From the NCBI GenBank assembly GCA_964582675.1, contig CAZOTM010000002.1:1-34070 (forward strand): a DNA stretch of 34,070 nucleotides, given 5' to 3'. A program made the translations under genes and the position numbers. Positions 9,623-19,744 of this stretch are shown here, in pieces. Source of the DNA: an uncultured Clostridiaceae bacterium (GTDB lineage Bacteria; Bacillota; Clostridia; Clostridiales; Clostridiaceae). The notes under the pieces are model-generated. The model searched no databases, was not told the origin of the DNA, and worked only from the letters and a program-made list of their open reading frames with translations. Each line of letters starts with the position of its first letter. The first letter of the stretch is position 1.

Positions 9623-12600
9623 TATATCACCGCCAGAAAACAGATCAACTCAAAATCATCCAGGCCTTTGATGTCCCCTGAAAGAAACGTAGTTTGACCT
9701 GATCCAAAGAAACTGTCGATATCCTTCTCATTCTTCACTTCAATGATGGATCCGATAGCCTGTTCCAAGAGCTGGGATATGGACTTCATATTTCTGCCTT
9801 CATTCGTCGCCTTGTTGAAAACTTTACAAGCCTTGAGATCCGGGAGGTTTTTTCCTCTGGCTAGAAGCCGCATAAGGTCCAGCGTTGCTTTCGGATCAAG
9901 ATGATTGGAGATGATCTCTCCATCCTCCCCAATGTATACCATGTAAAATGGATGGAGTCGATTCTGATTTTCCAGGTTGATGCTTGTGTTTATGTTCTTT
10001 AAAACAAAGATCACACCAGGTTTTTCATTCTGGACCACGGCATGGATCCCCATGGGGGTACGATCCAGACTGGGATGGTCCTTCAAGTAGGCCAGCAGGT
10101 CCATACGAAATTCGTTGAGTCCCAAATCCATAATGGAGACTCCCGATGTCATGTCCTCCAGGTCCACCACCTCATTCTGCAGGCGCTCCAGTTGCTGCCT
10201 TCGATATTGCAGGTCTCCGTTCTCCTCAGGGTTGATGTAGTCATCGTCACCTGTGGAAGTCATTACTGAGATTTTCATTTTCGTTTCTACCCGGTTTTTT
10301 AAATTGATGTAGTCATCCAGTGCCAAGTCCGGCCAAAAGTTAACCAACTGGATAGTATCATTATAGCTTCCTATACGGTCAATCCTGCCGAAGCGCTGAA
10401 TGATCCGGACAGGATTCCAGTGGATATCATAGTTGACAAGGTAGTCACAGTCCTGAAGGTTTTGCCCCTCCGAAATACAATCCGTCGCGATAAGAATATC
10501 AATGCTATGGCTATTATTTGGCATCAAGAGCTGCTTTTCCTTGGAAATAGGTGAGAAACAGGTCAGGATCGTATTCATGTCTGCCGGAAATTTAGGGATG
10601 GTCGTCCGGCCGGAAATAGAGCCGGTGATCAAGGCGGAATCAAGCCCATATTTTTGTTTGACGTGCTTGCGGACATGCTCATAGAGATATTCGGCTGTAT
10701 CTGCAAAGGCAGTAAAAATCAGGACTTTTTGGTTCTCAGGATTGATGGGATGTTCGATCTTCTCGCCAATTACCCGGAACAGTTCGTTGAGTTTATAATC
10801 GTAATCCGGGGTGATGTCACCCACCATGAGAAGCAGCAGCTCCAGGATCTCCAGATCACTTTTCAAATCTCTTTGCCAGGACAAATAGTCCATGTCCCGA
10901 AGATCGATCTTCATTTTTTGACCAATGTTAAACATATCAATGTTTTGATCATCCATATCCAATTCATTCAGTTCAGTCAAATCCCTCATTTCAATGGTTG
11001 TGCCAGGTTGGAACTGAGTGATTTGGTTAAGGGTGCTTTTATATTGCTGTTGCATCCTTTGCACGGAAAGCGTGAAAGAATTGACTGAGCTTTCCATACG
11101 TTTGAGCAGATTAATGTTCATCAAATGCTGGATCCCTTTTTCACGACCGGTCAGGAAAAGGGTTTTGCCTAATTTGGAATCCGGGTCTGCATATTTGATT
11201 AATTTGCTGGGAAGGATGTACATGGAGGGAGTGTAGATCGACAGGTTCAATGCGATGAGCTGGTCGAACACTTCCTCATAATTGATGGCGTTGGGTTTAT
11301 CTGTTAACTTGGGTCGCAGGGAAATCGGACGGTTCCGGGTGGGAAACTTCCCAATATCAGTGGTGTCATAAAACCGCTGGATGTGTTTTCTGGACCGGGC
11401 AATGGTGACGCTGTCCAGGATTTCGAAGAAGTCAAAATCCAGTTCATCCAATAGGTTTGCAGTTGTCCGCTCTGCCAGAGGCCGCTTGCTCCAAGCGTTA
11501 AACACTGTTTGGGCCTGGCGGAAAACAGAGTCGATGTCAGTGTTGATATTCAGTTTCTCATTAATGAGCTCGGACTGCCCCTCATACGCAAGTGCCAGCT
11601 GGTTTCGCAGATCATAGAAGCGGTTATTGACGGGTGTTGCCGAAAGCATCAGGACCTTGGTTTTGACACCCTGCCGAATTACTTTGTTCAGCAGTCTGAG
11701 ATACCGATTCTCCCGTTCCCCATCCTCGCCACTGCTGGCTCCGCCATTGCGGAAATTATGGGACTCGTCAATAACGACTAAATCATAATTTCCCCAGTTG
11801 ATCCGATCGATGGCCAAGCCGATGGCAGATTGCCCCCGATCCCTCGAAAGGTCTGTGTGGAAAAGAACATCATAGCGAAGGCGGTCCGTGCCCAATGGAT
11901 TATTGATGACATTTCCTCGGAATGTCATCCAGTTTTCCATCAGTTTTTTAGGACAAAGGACTAAAACGTTCTTATTTCTTCCCTCATAGTATTTGATAAC
12001 GGCTAAAGCAGTATATGTTTTTCCAAGGCCGACACTGTCAGCCAGGATGCATCCATTATATTGCTCCAGTTTGTTGATAATGGAGAGCGCGGCGTCCTTC
12101 TGAAAGTTGTACAGTTTGTTCCAAATCAGACTATCCTTGAAGCCCGTGGCTTCATTGGGCAGGACATCTTCTGTGATATCCTCCAGGAATTCGCTGAAGA
12201 TATTATATAGGGTCATGAAGTAGACCAGCTCTGGTGGGTTTTCCTGATAGACTGCAGAGATACCGTTCATGACTTCCTCAGTGACATCCTCAACCTTGGT
12301 ATCATCATTCCATACCGAGTCAAACAATTTGATGTATTCCTTACTGTAGGGAGCATCAAGTTTGTTCACCATGTAGTACACGTTGTTGCCCCGTTCTGAA
12401 CCGATATCCACAGTGGTGAAGCCGTTGAGCGGCGAATAAGACAGCTGTGATGAATTGGACTGGACGTTCATAAAACCGCCCATGCCTTCGCGCGTGATAT
12501 TGGTCTTGAAACGAACCTTCTGCTCGATCCAGTTGGCACATTCCCTGGCGATGGCTTTTTGGGTCAGTTCATTGCGAAGTTTGACCTCAAATTCAGTCCC

Positions 12601-12849
12601 GTAAATACTTTTTTCCCTGGCCAGCCGGGGGATATAAAATTCCTTCCGCTCCTTCGCAGACTTTTCTGCGACAAAAGTTGGCGAAGTAAAAATAAACTGG
12701 AGAGACTCCACACTATTCAGTTGTTTCTTCAGTTCCTGATAAGCATAGATCGAAAAGCAGGCGGCTGCGATCGATACCTTCGAACCAGGAACGATGACTT
12801 TTTCCAAATCGTCCTTGACGACTTTGGTTGTATTGTTGAATATCTCCAA
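9622..12849 (-). CDS. SNF2-family helicase with an N-terminal domain resembling a degenerate PLD-like fold
   Basis: ILADSVGLGKT, VIDESHNFRN, LSATPVNN, TDCISEGQNLQ and IIQRFGRIDRIG. TTG start with a purine-rich SD. No HxK motif seen in the N-terminal ~200 aa. Confidence 0.9.
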   Translation of the reverse strand: MEIFNNTTKVVKDDLEKVIVPGSKVSIAAACFSIYAYQELKKQLNSVESLQFIFTSPTFVAEKSAKERKEFYIPRLAREKSIYGTEFEVKLRNELTQKAIARECANWIEQKVRFKTNITREGMGGFMNVQSNSSQLSYSPLNGFTTVDIGSERGNNVYYMVNKLDAPYSKEYIKLFDSVWNDDTKVEDVTEEVMNGISAVYQENPPELVYFMTLYNIFSEFLEDITEDVLPNEATGFKDSLIWNKLYNFQKDAALSIINKLEQYNGCILADSVGLGKTYTALAVIKYYEGRNKNVLVLCPKKLMENWMTFRGNVINNPLGTDRLRYDVLFHTDLSRDRGQSAIGLAIDRINWGNYDLVVIDESHNFRNGGASSGEDGERENRYLRLLNKVIRQGVKTKVLMLSATPVNNRFYDLRNQLALAYEGQSELINEKLNINTDIDSVFRQAQTVFNAWSKRPLAERTTANLLDELDFDFFEILDSVTIARSRKHIQRFYDTTDIGKFPTRNRPISLRPKLTDKPNAINYEEVFDQLIALNLSIYTPSMYILPSKLIKYADPDSKLGKTLFLTGREKGIQHLMNINLLKRMESSVNSFTLSVQRMQQQYKSTLNQITQFQPGTTIEMRDLTELNELDMDDQNIDMFNIGQKMKIDLRDMDYLSWQRDLKSDLEILELLLLMVGDITPDYDYKLNELFRVIGEKIEHPINPENQKVLIFTAFADTAEYLYEHVRKHVKQKYGLDSALITGSISGRTTIPKFPADMNTILTCFSPISKEKQLLMPNNSHSIDILIATDCISEGQNLQDCDYLVNYDIHWNPVRIIQRFGRIDRIGSYNDTIQLVNFWPDLALDDYINLKNRVETKMKISVMTSTGDDDYINPEENGDLQYRRQQLERLQNEVVDLEDMTSGVSIMDLGLNEFRMDLLAYLKDHPSLDRTPMGIHAVVQNEKPGVIFVLKNINTSINLENQNRLHPFYMVYIGEDGEIISNHLDPKATLDLMRLLARGKNLPDLKACKVFNKATNEGRNMKSISQLLEQAIGSIIEVKNEKDIDSFFGSGQTTFLSGDIKGLDDFELICFLAVI

Positions 12850-12980
12850 CTCTCTCCCTTTCAGAATGGGTATATTAAATATTTATGGTACAATTCAGTT
12901 TCGTTACAGATTAATATAAATCCCTGTTTTATTACTCATTTATTGATCACTCAACTTAACTCTTGAATGAAAGCAATGTG

Positions 12981-14051
12981 CTACTGAGTTTTGCTTGAGG
13001 CTTTGATGATCCGTTCCATATATTCTTCAAAAAGAGTACTTTCCTTGAGCAGGGATTTTCCGGTAAAGACCGCCCGGCTGGAACCATACTTTCGTTTCAT
13101 CAGCTTTTGGTCACTGGGTGTTACTAAAATATCATCAGAAAATACTGTAATAATTCCTCTCAGGATGTCTTCAAAATCAGGTCGGTTTTCATTGATGAAA
13201 GCCTTATAAACACCCCTGAACCCTTCGTCAAACCACTTGCCCCCGATACTTTTTGACACGGTTCCTGCTTTTTCCTTTGAGCAGTTTTCAATGACCAGGG
13301 GTGATTTGCCATCCGCCGGGTTGAAAGGATCCACATAGATCCGGACTGTTTGGGGTGACGGAAAATCCAATAAGTCCAACTGGAGTTCATCATTGTTGAA
13401 TTCACCAAGGATCCCCCGAGCTGGCCAAGCCTTACCGCTGCCATCCCAAAGGGAATACAAATGACCAGGTCTCCCAATATAACTGGTTCCCACCCTGTCA
13501 ATATGTGAAAAATGGATATGCCCGACGGCATAGTATTTAAATCCTAGCTGCCTCATTTTTTCCTTGGGTAAGTTACAGGGGTGGGTAAGGAAAATCCCTG
13601 GTTTACGGTGCTTTTCCAATTGTATCTGTGTGTATTTATCTTTGAAGCCTGATTGTCTTGGTCTGCAGCTCATCCCGAAGACGTTAAATTCCAAAGCTTC
13701 ATCAGCGGCCATAAAGGGTTCATCAAAAACGTAAACACCATTTAAATCTCTGGTCGCCAGAATAAATGACTCTCGCATCTCCAGACTGTCATGCTCTCCA
13801 AATACGATAAAAACCTTCGCCCCATGAATAAGCCATTCCTTTATGTAGAAAACCAGATCATTGCTTGCAGACAATTCCAAATCACCTGAAATAAGAATCG
13901 CACCAATTTGTTTCTCAAAGATCATGGAGCTGATATAAGCAAGATTTTGTTTTTTGATCTCAAAATGACTCAGATTATCCTTCTTCCCTTTTAAGTGGTC
14001 AGAATTAAAAAAGTGTAAGTCCGAAATATGTAAAAACCTGGATCTCTTCAT
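12981..14051 (-). CDS. Calcineurin-like metallophosphoesterase (Mre11/SbcD-like) with an unknown C-terminal extension
   Basis: HISDLHF, ISGDL, VFGEHD (GNHD variant), LTHP and YYAVGHIH. GGAG SD favours ATG at 14051 (MKRSRF). Confidence 0.8.
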   Translation of the reverse strand: MKRSRFLHISDLHFFNSDHLKGKKDNLSHFEIKKQNLAYISSMIFEKQIGAILISGDLELSASNDLVFYIKEWLIHGAKVFIVFGEHDSLEMRESFILATRDLNGVYVFDEPFMAADEALEFNVFGMSCRPRQSGFKDKYTQIQLEKHRKPGIFLTHPCNLPKEKMRQLGFKYYAVGHIHFSHIDRVGTSYIGRPGHLYSLWDGSGKAWPARGILGEFNNDELQLDLLDFPSPQTVRIYVDPFNPADGKSPLVIENCSKEKAGTVSKSIGGKWFDEGFRGVYKAFINENRPDFEDILRGIITVFSDDILVTPSDQKLMKRKYGSSRAVFTGKSLLKESTLFEEYMERIIKASSKTQ

Positions 14052-14180
14052 ATTATCTCCAATCCCATGATTTGTTTTATGGAATTTATTTATCGCCAAA
14101 GTTAGGAATACCAAAAATCAGAATTTAAAACTCTTAACAAAGCTGTAGTTGACTGTAATGCTTTGAGAAAGGAAGTCTCT

Positions 14181-14328
14181 TTGAATAAACGGCAGCGTCA
14201 AATTGAGATTTCCAGCAGACACCGTCTCTGTTACTTTGGCTGGTTCCCTAAGGTTAAAAAGAGTAGATCAATTCGTACAACGTAGTGGTGCTCGAGGTTG
14301 CCAAGGTCACTGGGCTATTCTGAATTGA
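14181..14328 (+). pseudogene. Possible frameshifted winged-HTH fragment
   Basis: Hand translation gives LNKRQRQIEI, then in another frame ADTVSVTLAGSLRLKRVDQFVQRSGARGCQGHWAILN*. This resembles C-terminal wHTH domains (LNERQ..I ... R.G..KGGHWEVL). Confidence 0.3.
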
Positions 14329-14711
14329 TTTACTCTGTGATGAGTTTTATGATGTTACCCCAAATTAAAACATTTTGATGACTATTATTACAATTTTAGC
14401 ATCTATATCTCCTGAAATCCCCTTTATTTAAATCAATATCTTATAGCTGGGTTTATAAATTAAGACTGAGAGCTCTTGGGAAGCCAAGCCCTCAACGAAT
14501 AAAATCGATAAAGTGTCCCTGGGACAGCAATACGTCTGTGTGAATGCCTGATTGGGTAATTTCAACGCCATCCTTTTGGAGTTCATGTAATTATGAAGTT
14601 TTTGTTACAGGAATCTGGTCGATAGCTTCGGCGATCATGTTTATGGTCAATGAAAGGGTTATAATGAGAGTGGAATTTATTAAATAAGCATCAAATTATG
14701 AGGTTAGTGTA

Positions 14712-17700
14712 TTGGAAAATATTGAGAAAATTAAATCCCTTTACCGCTATATTAAGGATCTATATACCACAAGATCAAAGATCGTTGCAGATTATAAAGA
14801 TCAAAGCTGGTATTTTGTTTTGAGTGAACTGCCTGATTTGCCGGACTATATTAAAGCCTATGACCGGGATCGTATTAAAGAGGAGGGCGACGACTCTGAG
14901 AATGATGCAGTTCTTCTGGAAGTGTTAAAACCGGAGTTTACTGCCTGTCCAAAACCGTCAGCTTTACTAATGCGCCATTTGGAGTTCGGCTGGGAAAATT
15001 ATAAGAATTCTGCATTATTGAGTGATCTATACCGAACGGACCATCTGGCAGCGCAGACCCAGGATGGAACAGAGAACATTCGACGGAGCAAAGAACAGGA
15101 AGAGCTGGTCGCATTATTTAGAGAATGGAACAAGCAGCGCGAAGAATGGGTGGCTAAACAGCGCGACATCCATGTTGGTGTCACACTGTTTAACCAGATG
15201 TACGCAGCTTATGTTGACTTGGAGAGGGATTCCGAGACCATCGAGTTCATGGTGGGGAACGGGGTGATTCAGGATAGATCGAATTCAGTAATCAGGCATC
15301 CAGTTTTACTGAAACGGGTCAAATTTGAGTTTGATTCCCGGGCAAACATCATGAAAATTTTAGATACGGATTCTGAACCCGAACTTTATACTACCCTGAT
15401 CAAAGAAATGGAGGCTATCAACCATTCAGCGATCAGCGAAATAGCTGGTGAATTGAAGGAAAATTCCTATCATCCCTTGGACCGCATCGAAACAACAGAA
15501 TTTATGAAATCCCTCACTCACCGGATAAGTTCTGACAGTAAGTTTATCTTTGATCCTGATAACCCGGGGACAATTCGGGAAAGGATCCGAGTCACGTTCC
15601 AACCGGTTTTTTTTATACGCAAGCGTATCGATGGAACGATTCGCACGATAGAAGATATCATCAAAAACATCGAGGCTACCAATCATGTTCCCAATCACCT
15701 GATCAATTTGGTTGGTCAGGCCACCCCCTCTGAACCAACTGAAATCAGAAATTTGAGCATTGATGAGCAGCTCGCTGCCATCAGTGGGGAAAATGCCCAG
15801 ATCTTGCTGTCCAAGGAAGCCAACCATGAGCAGTTGGAAATTGCAGAGCGGATTGAGCATCACCATGCTGTCTTGGTCCAGGGGCCTCCCGGAACCGGCA
15901 AGACCCATACCATTGCCAACTTAATGGGACACTTTTTGGCACAGGGTAAAAGTGTACTAGTCACCAGTCATACCAAAAAGGCTTTGAGTGTCCTGAAGAG
16001 TCAAATCCCTGAGGAGATCCAGGATCTTTGCGTTTCAGTTCTAGATGATACCAGTAAAGACATGATGCGTTCGATTGAGGGGATCACCGAGCGACTCGGA
16101 CGATACAGCGCTCATGAGTTAAAGAAACAATCTTCAGCCTTGGATGATGAAAGACAAAAGATATTGATTGACTTGGGTGAGATTCGCCGGAAAATTTATG
16201 CCATCCGAAATCGTGAATTCGAATCGGTCACTTATAATGGCAGAAATTATTCGCCGATCCAAATGGCCAGTTTTGTCAAAGACAATGAAAATGAGCTTTC
16301 CTATATACCAGGCCAAGTTCGCCTGAATCAACCATTGCCGGTGAGCGTTCAAGATTTGCAGCTATTATATGAAAGCAATGCTTTGATTTCCACTCAGGAT
16401 CAAAGGGAAATGGTGAATAACCTGCCGGATCCAGCCACTTTAGTAAAGCCGTCAGAATTGGGGGACCTGATCAATGAAGAACGAAGGGTGTTCCAGACTT
16501 TTGAAGAGATTGCATCCATTTGGGGTTGCACAATCAAACCAGATACATCAAATGGGAGGGTTTACGCTGTTCACGAAGGAAAGCAGGTTGATCTGATTCA
16601 TAAACCGGAGGCGCAGTCGCTGAAAAAACTGAAACAAACCCTGTCCACCTATCCAGAGTTGAGCCCCTGGATGATCCATGCAGCCGTGGATGGACGCAGG
16701 GGTGGGGCTTACCGCCAACGATGGGTATATCTGATCGATAAGCTTTCCGATGCCATACAACTCCAAGATTCGTTGATTATGCCCATGCTGGGGAAGATTA
16801 CTGAGATTAAGTCCTCTGAACCAATAGGCGACTTTAAGGTGTCGTTGGAAAAAACCAAAGATTTGTTTCACCGAAAAGGTCGAGTTGGTAAATTGGACCT
16901 TCTGCTGAATAAGGATCTTAAAATGGTTTTGGATACCTTCTTCATTGATGATCTGCCAGTTTCATCAGAGGATGACTGTCAGCTGTTTCTGTCGAAAATC
17001 AAGCTGAACAGCCTGCTTACCGAATGTCGAACCTTGTGGGATGAACTACTGGCAAAACATGCCTTTGTGAGATTCGATGAACTGGGCGATGAACCATTAA
17101 ATATGGCGCCTAAAATGATTAGTACTGTCAGGCGCTATCTTGACTGGTATGAGGCCGAGTACGGTGAAATCCAAGTACTGTTTGCAACATCCGGATTACA
17201 GGAAAAGGCCCTGATCCAAGCGGATGAACTGGATTCGGATTATCAGCAAGCTGAGAAAATTCTTGCTGCGATCAAGGATAAAGTTCCCCGCCTTATTCAA
17301 GTAGCTGAGGGACTGATCAAACTGATCGAAATTGAAAATATGATTTCAGTCAGCTCGGCCGAGTTGAAAGCAGGAAACCGCAACAATTCAGTTTTATGCA
17401 TTCAAATGATGACTGCACTATATGAAAAAGATCAGTCAAATTATGAATCCAACTATCTAATGCTGGTAGAACTGTATCGCAAATATGGGACACAGCGGAA
17501 GCGGCAGGAAGTATTGTGCAGCATTGAACCTTACTCCCCGGAATGGGCGGGATCAATCAGGAACCGAATCGGAATCCACGGTCAAAGCCAGATTCCTCCA
17601 AAGATCGAAATGGCCTGGCAATGGAAACAGTTTTCAGGCATCCTGACTGAATTACTCAGTGAGCCTTATGAAGAACTTCAACGAAAAAGTGTTGAATTGA

Positions 17701-19298
17701 GCAAGCTTCTGCGCAAAAAGACTGCCGAACTGGCTGCCTCCAAATCCTGGTATCACCTTATCGATCGGGTCGATAGCAGTCTGGAAATGAAACAGTCCTT
17801 GATGGGATGGAAATTAACCCAGAAAAAAATCGGGAAAGGCACCGGCAAAAATGCAGGCCGATTAAAAAAACAGGCTCGCGACAATATGACAAAATGTCAG
17901 CGAGCCGTTCCAGCATGGATCATGCCGATGAGCCGTGCGACGGAAACACTTGAGCCGGGCAAAAATGAATTTGATATCCTGATCATCGACGAGGCCAGCC
18001 AATCAGATATTTCTGCCCTGGCAATCATGTATATGGCTGCTAAAGTCATCATTGTCGGGGATGACAAGCAAGTCAGCCCAATGGCAATCGGGATGGATGT
18101 TGACAAAATGAATTCCCTACGTGAGATGAATTTGACAAATGGTATCCCCAATGCTCATCTGTACGATGGGAAAACCTCCCTTTATGATATCGCCATGACA
18201 ACTTACCAGCCATTGATGCTCCGTGAGCATTTTCGATGCGTACCGGAGATCATTGGATACAGCAACAAACTTTCCTATGATTTTAAAATTAAGCCACTGC
18301 GTGATGGCAGCCGGAACATAACAATCCCGCCAGTTGTAAAATACCAGGTCGCCAATGGTGCCAGAGAAGGAAGGCGTAAAATTAATCCAAAGGAAGCATT
18401 GACCATCGTTGCCCTGATGAAAGCGGCAATGGAACAGAAAGAGTACGCTGGCAAGACCTTCGGAGCAATTTCACTGTTGGGTGATGATCAGGTCAAACTG
18501 ATCCAGCAGAATCTTTTCCGCTATTTTGAACCAAGGGTACTGGAGGAGCGGAGAGTACTATGCGGAAATGCATCCCACTTCCAGGGTGACGAGCGGGACA
18601 TCATATTTATTTCTCTGGTAGATTCCAACGAAGGGGAAGGCCCGCTCCGCTTAACTGGTGAAGGAGTCGACCAATCGACGAAGCAGCGGTATAATGTTGC
18701 CGCCAGCCGGGCCAGAGATCAACTTTGGATCGTCAATTCACTGGATTATGCCAGAGACCTGAAAATGGGGGATCTTCGCCGTGATCTCCTGGAATATGCG
18801 GAAGATCCGGAGGCCTATGCCCAAAAAGCCCTGGAAATTGATCACAATTCAGAATCGCCATTCGAAGCGGCAGTTGCAAAAACACTCCTGGCAAAAGGGT
18901 ACCATTTGACCCAGCAATGGAAAGTAGGTGCTTACCGCATCGATATGGTTATTGAATATGGAGGCAAAAGGATTGCACTGGAATGTGATGGTGAGCAATA
19001 TCACACTGGTTCGGGAAAAGTCAGGCAGGATATGGAACGTCAAACGATTCTTGAGAGAATGGGATGGCGCTTCATCCGAATCCGGGGCAGCGAGTATTAT
19101 CTTGATCCAACGAAGTGCATGGAGAGGGTTTTTAGAGAACTGGAAGCGGCCGGCATTTACCAGGAATCACCCATCCATTTGCAGACTGATGGACAGGAAG
19201 GGGATCTCCTGAAACGCGTTAAATTGAGAGCTGCCGAGATCATAAACGAATGGGAAAAATCCCCAACTGATAGCAATGAATCGGCCTTCACAATTTGA
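14712..19298 (+). CDS. UPF1/DNA2-like SF1 helicase (AAA_11/AAA_12) fused to a C-terminal Vsr/DUF559/MTES_1575-type endonuclease
   Basis: VQGPPGTGKT, IIDEASQ, VGDDKQVSP, LREHFRC, FQGDERD and YNVAASRA. Tail ESPFE...YRIDMV...IALECDGEQYH...DMERQTILERMGWRFIRIRG. Large helical insert between motifs Ia and II. Confidence 0.9.
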   Translation: MENIEKIKSLYRYIKDLYTTRSKIVADYKDQSWYFVLSELPDLPDYIKAYDRDRIKEEGDDSENDAVLLEVLKPEFTACPKPSALLMRHLEFGWENYKNSALLSDLYRTDHLAAQTQDGTENIRRSKEQEELVALFREWNKQREEWVAKQRDIHVGVTLFNQMYAAYVDLERDSETIEFMVGNGVIQDRSNSVIRHPVLLKRVKFEFDSRANIMKILDTDSEPELYTTLIKEMEAINHSAISEIAGELKENSYHPLDRIETTEFMKSLTHRISSDSKFIFDPDNPGTIRERIRVTFQPVFFIRKRIDGTIRTIEDIIKNIEATNHVPNHLINLVGQATPSEPTEIRNLSIDEQLAAISGENAQILLSKEANHEQLEIAERIEHHHAVLVQGPPGTGKTHTIANLMGHFLAQGKSVLVTSHTKKALSVLKSQIPEEIQDLCVSVLDDTSKDMMRSIEGITERLGRYSAHELKKQSSALDDERQKILIDLGEIRRKIYAIRNREFESVTYNGRNYSPIQMASFVKDNENELSYIPGQVRLNQPLPVSVQDLQLLYESNALISTQDQREMVNNLPDPATLVKPSELGDLINEERRVFQTFEEIASIWGCTIKPDTSNGRVYAVHEGKQVDLIHKPEAQSLKKLKQTLSTYPELSPWMIHAAVDGRRGGAYRQRWVYLIDKLSDAIQLQDSLIMPMLGKITEIKSSEPIGDFKVSLEKTKDLFHRKGRVGKLDLLLNKDLKMVLDTFFIDDLPVSSEDDCQLFLSKIKLNSLLTECRTLWDELLAKHAFVRFDELGDEPLNMAPKMISTVRRYLDWYEAEYGEIQVLFATSGLQEKALIQADELDSDYQQAEKILAAIKDKVPRLIQVAEGLIKLIEIENMISVSSAELKAGNRNNSVLCIQMMTALYEKDQSNYESNYLMLVELYRKYGTQRKRQEVLCSIEPYSPEWAGSIRNRIGIHGQSQIPPKIEMAWQWKQFSGILTELLSEPYEELQRKSVELSKLLRKKTAELAASKSWYHLIDRVDSSLEMKQSLMGWKLTQKKIGKGTGKNAGRLKKQARDNMTKCQRAVPAWIMPMSRATETLEPGKNEFDILIIDEASQSDISALAIMYMAAKVIIVGDDKQVSPMAIGMDVDKMNSLREMNLTNGIPNAHLYDGKTSLYDIAMTTYQPLMLREHFRCVPEIIGYSNKLSYDFKIKPLRDGSRNITIPPVVKYQVANGAREGRRKINPKEALTIVALMKAAMEQKEYAGKTFGAISLLGDDQVKLIQQNLFRYFEPRVLEERRVLCGNASHFQGDERDIIFISLVDSNEGEGPLRLTGEGVDQSTKQRYNVAASRARDQLWIVNSLDYARDLKMGDLRRDLLEYAEDPEAYAQKALEIDHNSESPFEAAVAKTLLAKGYHLTQQWKVGAYRIDMVIEYGGKRIALECDGEQYHTGSGKVRQDMERQTILERMGWRFIRIRGSEYYLDPTKCMERVFRELEAAGIYQESPIHLQTDGQEGDLLKRVKLRAAEIINEWEKSPTDSNESAFTI

Positions 19299-19402
19299 CA
19301 GTAGAACATCAAAACCTGTCTATGAAATGGCAATGACTTCGCTATTATGACAACATCACTTGCAAAGCATAAAGATGTTACAAACTCCTTAACAATCAAT
19401 TG

Positions 19403-19453
19403 AAAAACCTTTCGATAGCATGATTAAGTACATTCTGTCGAAAGGTTTTTTTT
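19403..19453 (+). terminator. Intrinsic terminator, possibly bidirectional
   Basis: AAAAACCTTTCGATAGCATG ... CATTCTGTCGAAAGGTTTTTTTT. Confidence 0.8.
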
Positions 19454-19744
19454 CCTGGATTCCTCGATTACGTAACGAGGCATCAGTCTCAACTTGAATA
19501 ATAACGTTGAGATCACTTGATATTTGTGGTAAAAACATTGCGATTACCTGTGGGGAGCTCTATTTCTAGACCCTTATAGCCAATCCTTTCATTCTCATCA
19601 TTCTGATTTTGTTCGTAAGTTACGTTATAATAGAAAGGAAATTATCCAAACAATATATTTTGAATTGCACATGGGTTGCTATAGCCGGTCAGGTTCTTTT
19701 GTGGATTTGCCCTGCCTGGTGACATCGATAGAGGTACTGTACCT

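Noticed and set aside
4015-14051. Calling the SNF2/methylase cluster DISARM or BREX
   Set aside because: No DrmA/DrmB (DUF1998), PLD DrmC, PglZ or BrxC ATPase is recognisable. Mod and Res are typical type III subunits.
14490-14640. Interrupted minus-strand reading MIAEAIDQIPVTKTS*LHELQKDGVEIT...
   Set aside because: Looks coding-like, but I cannot assign it to any family and it is too short to support.
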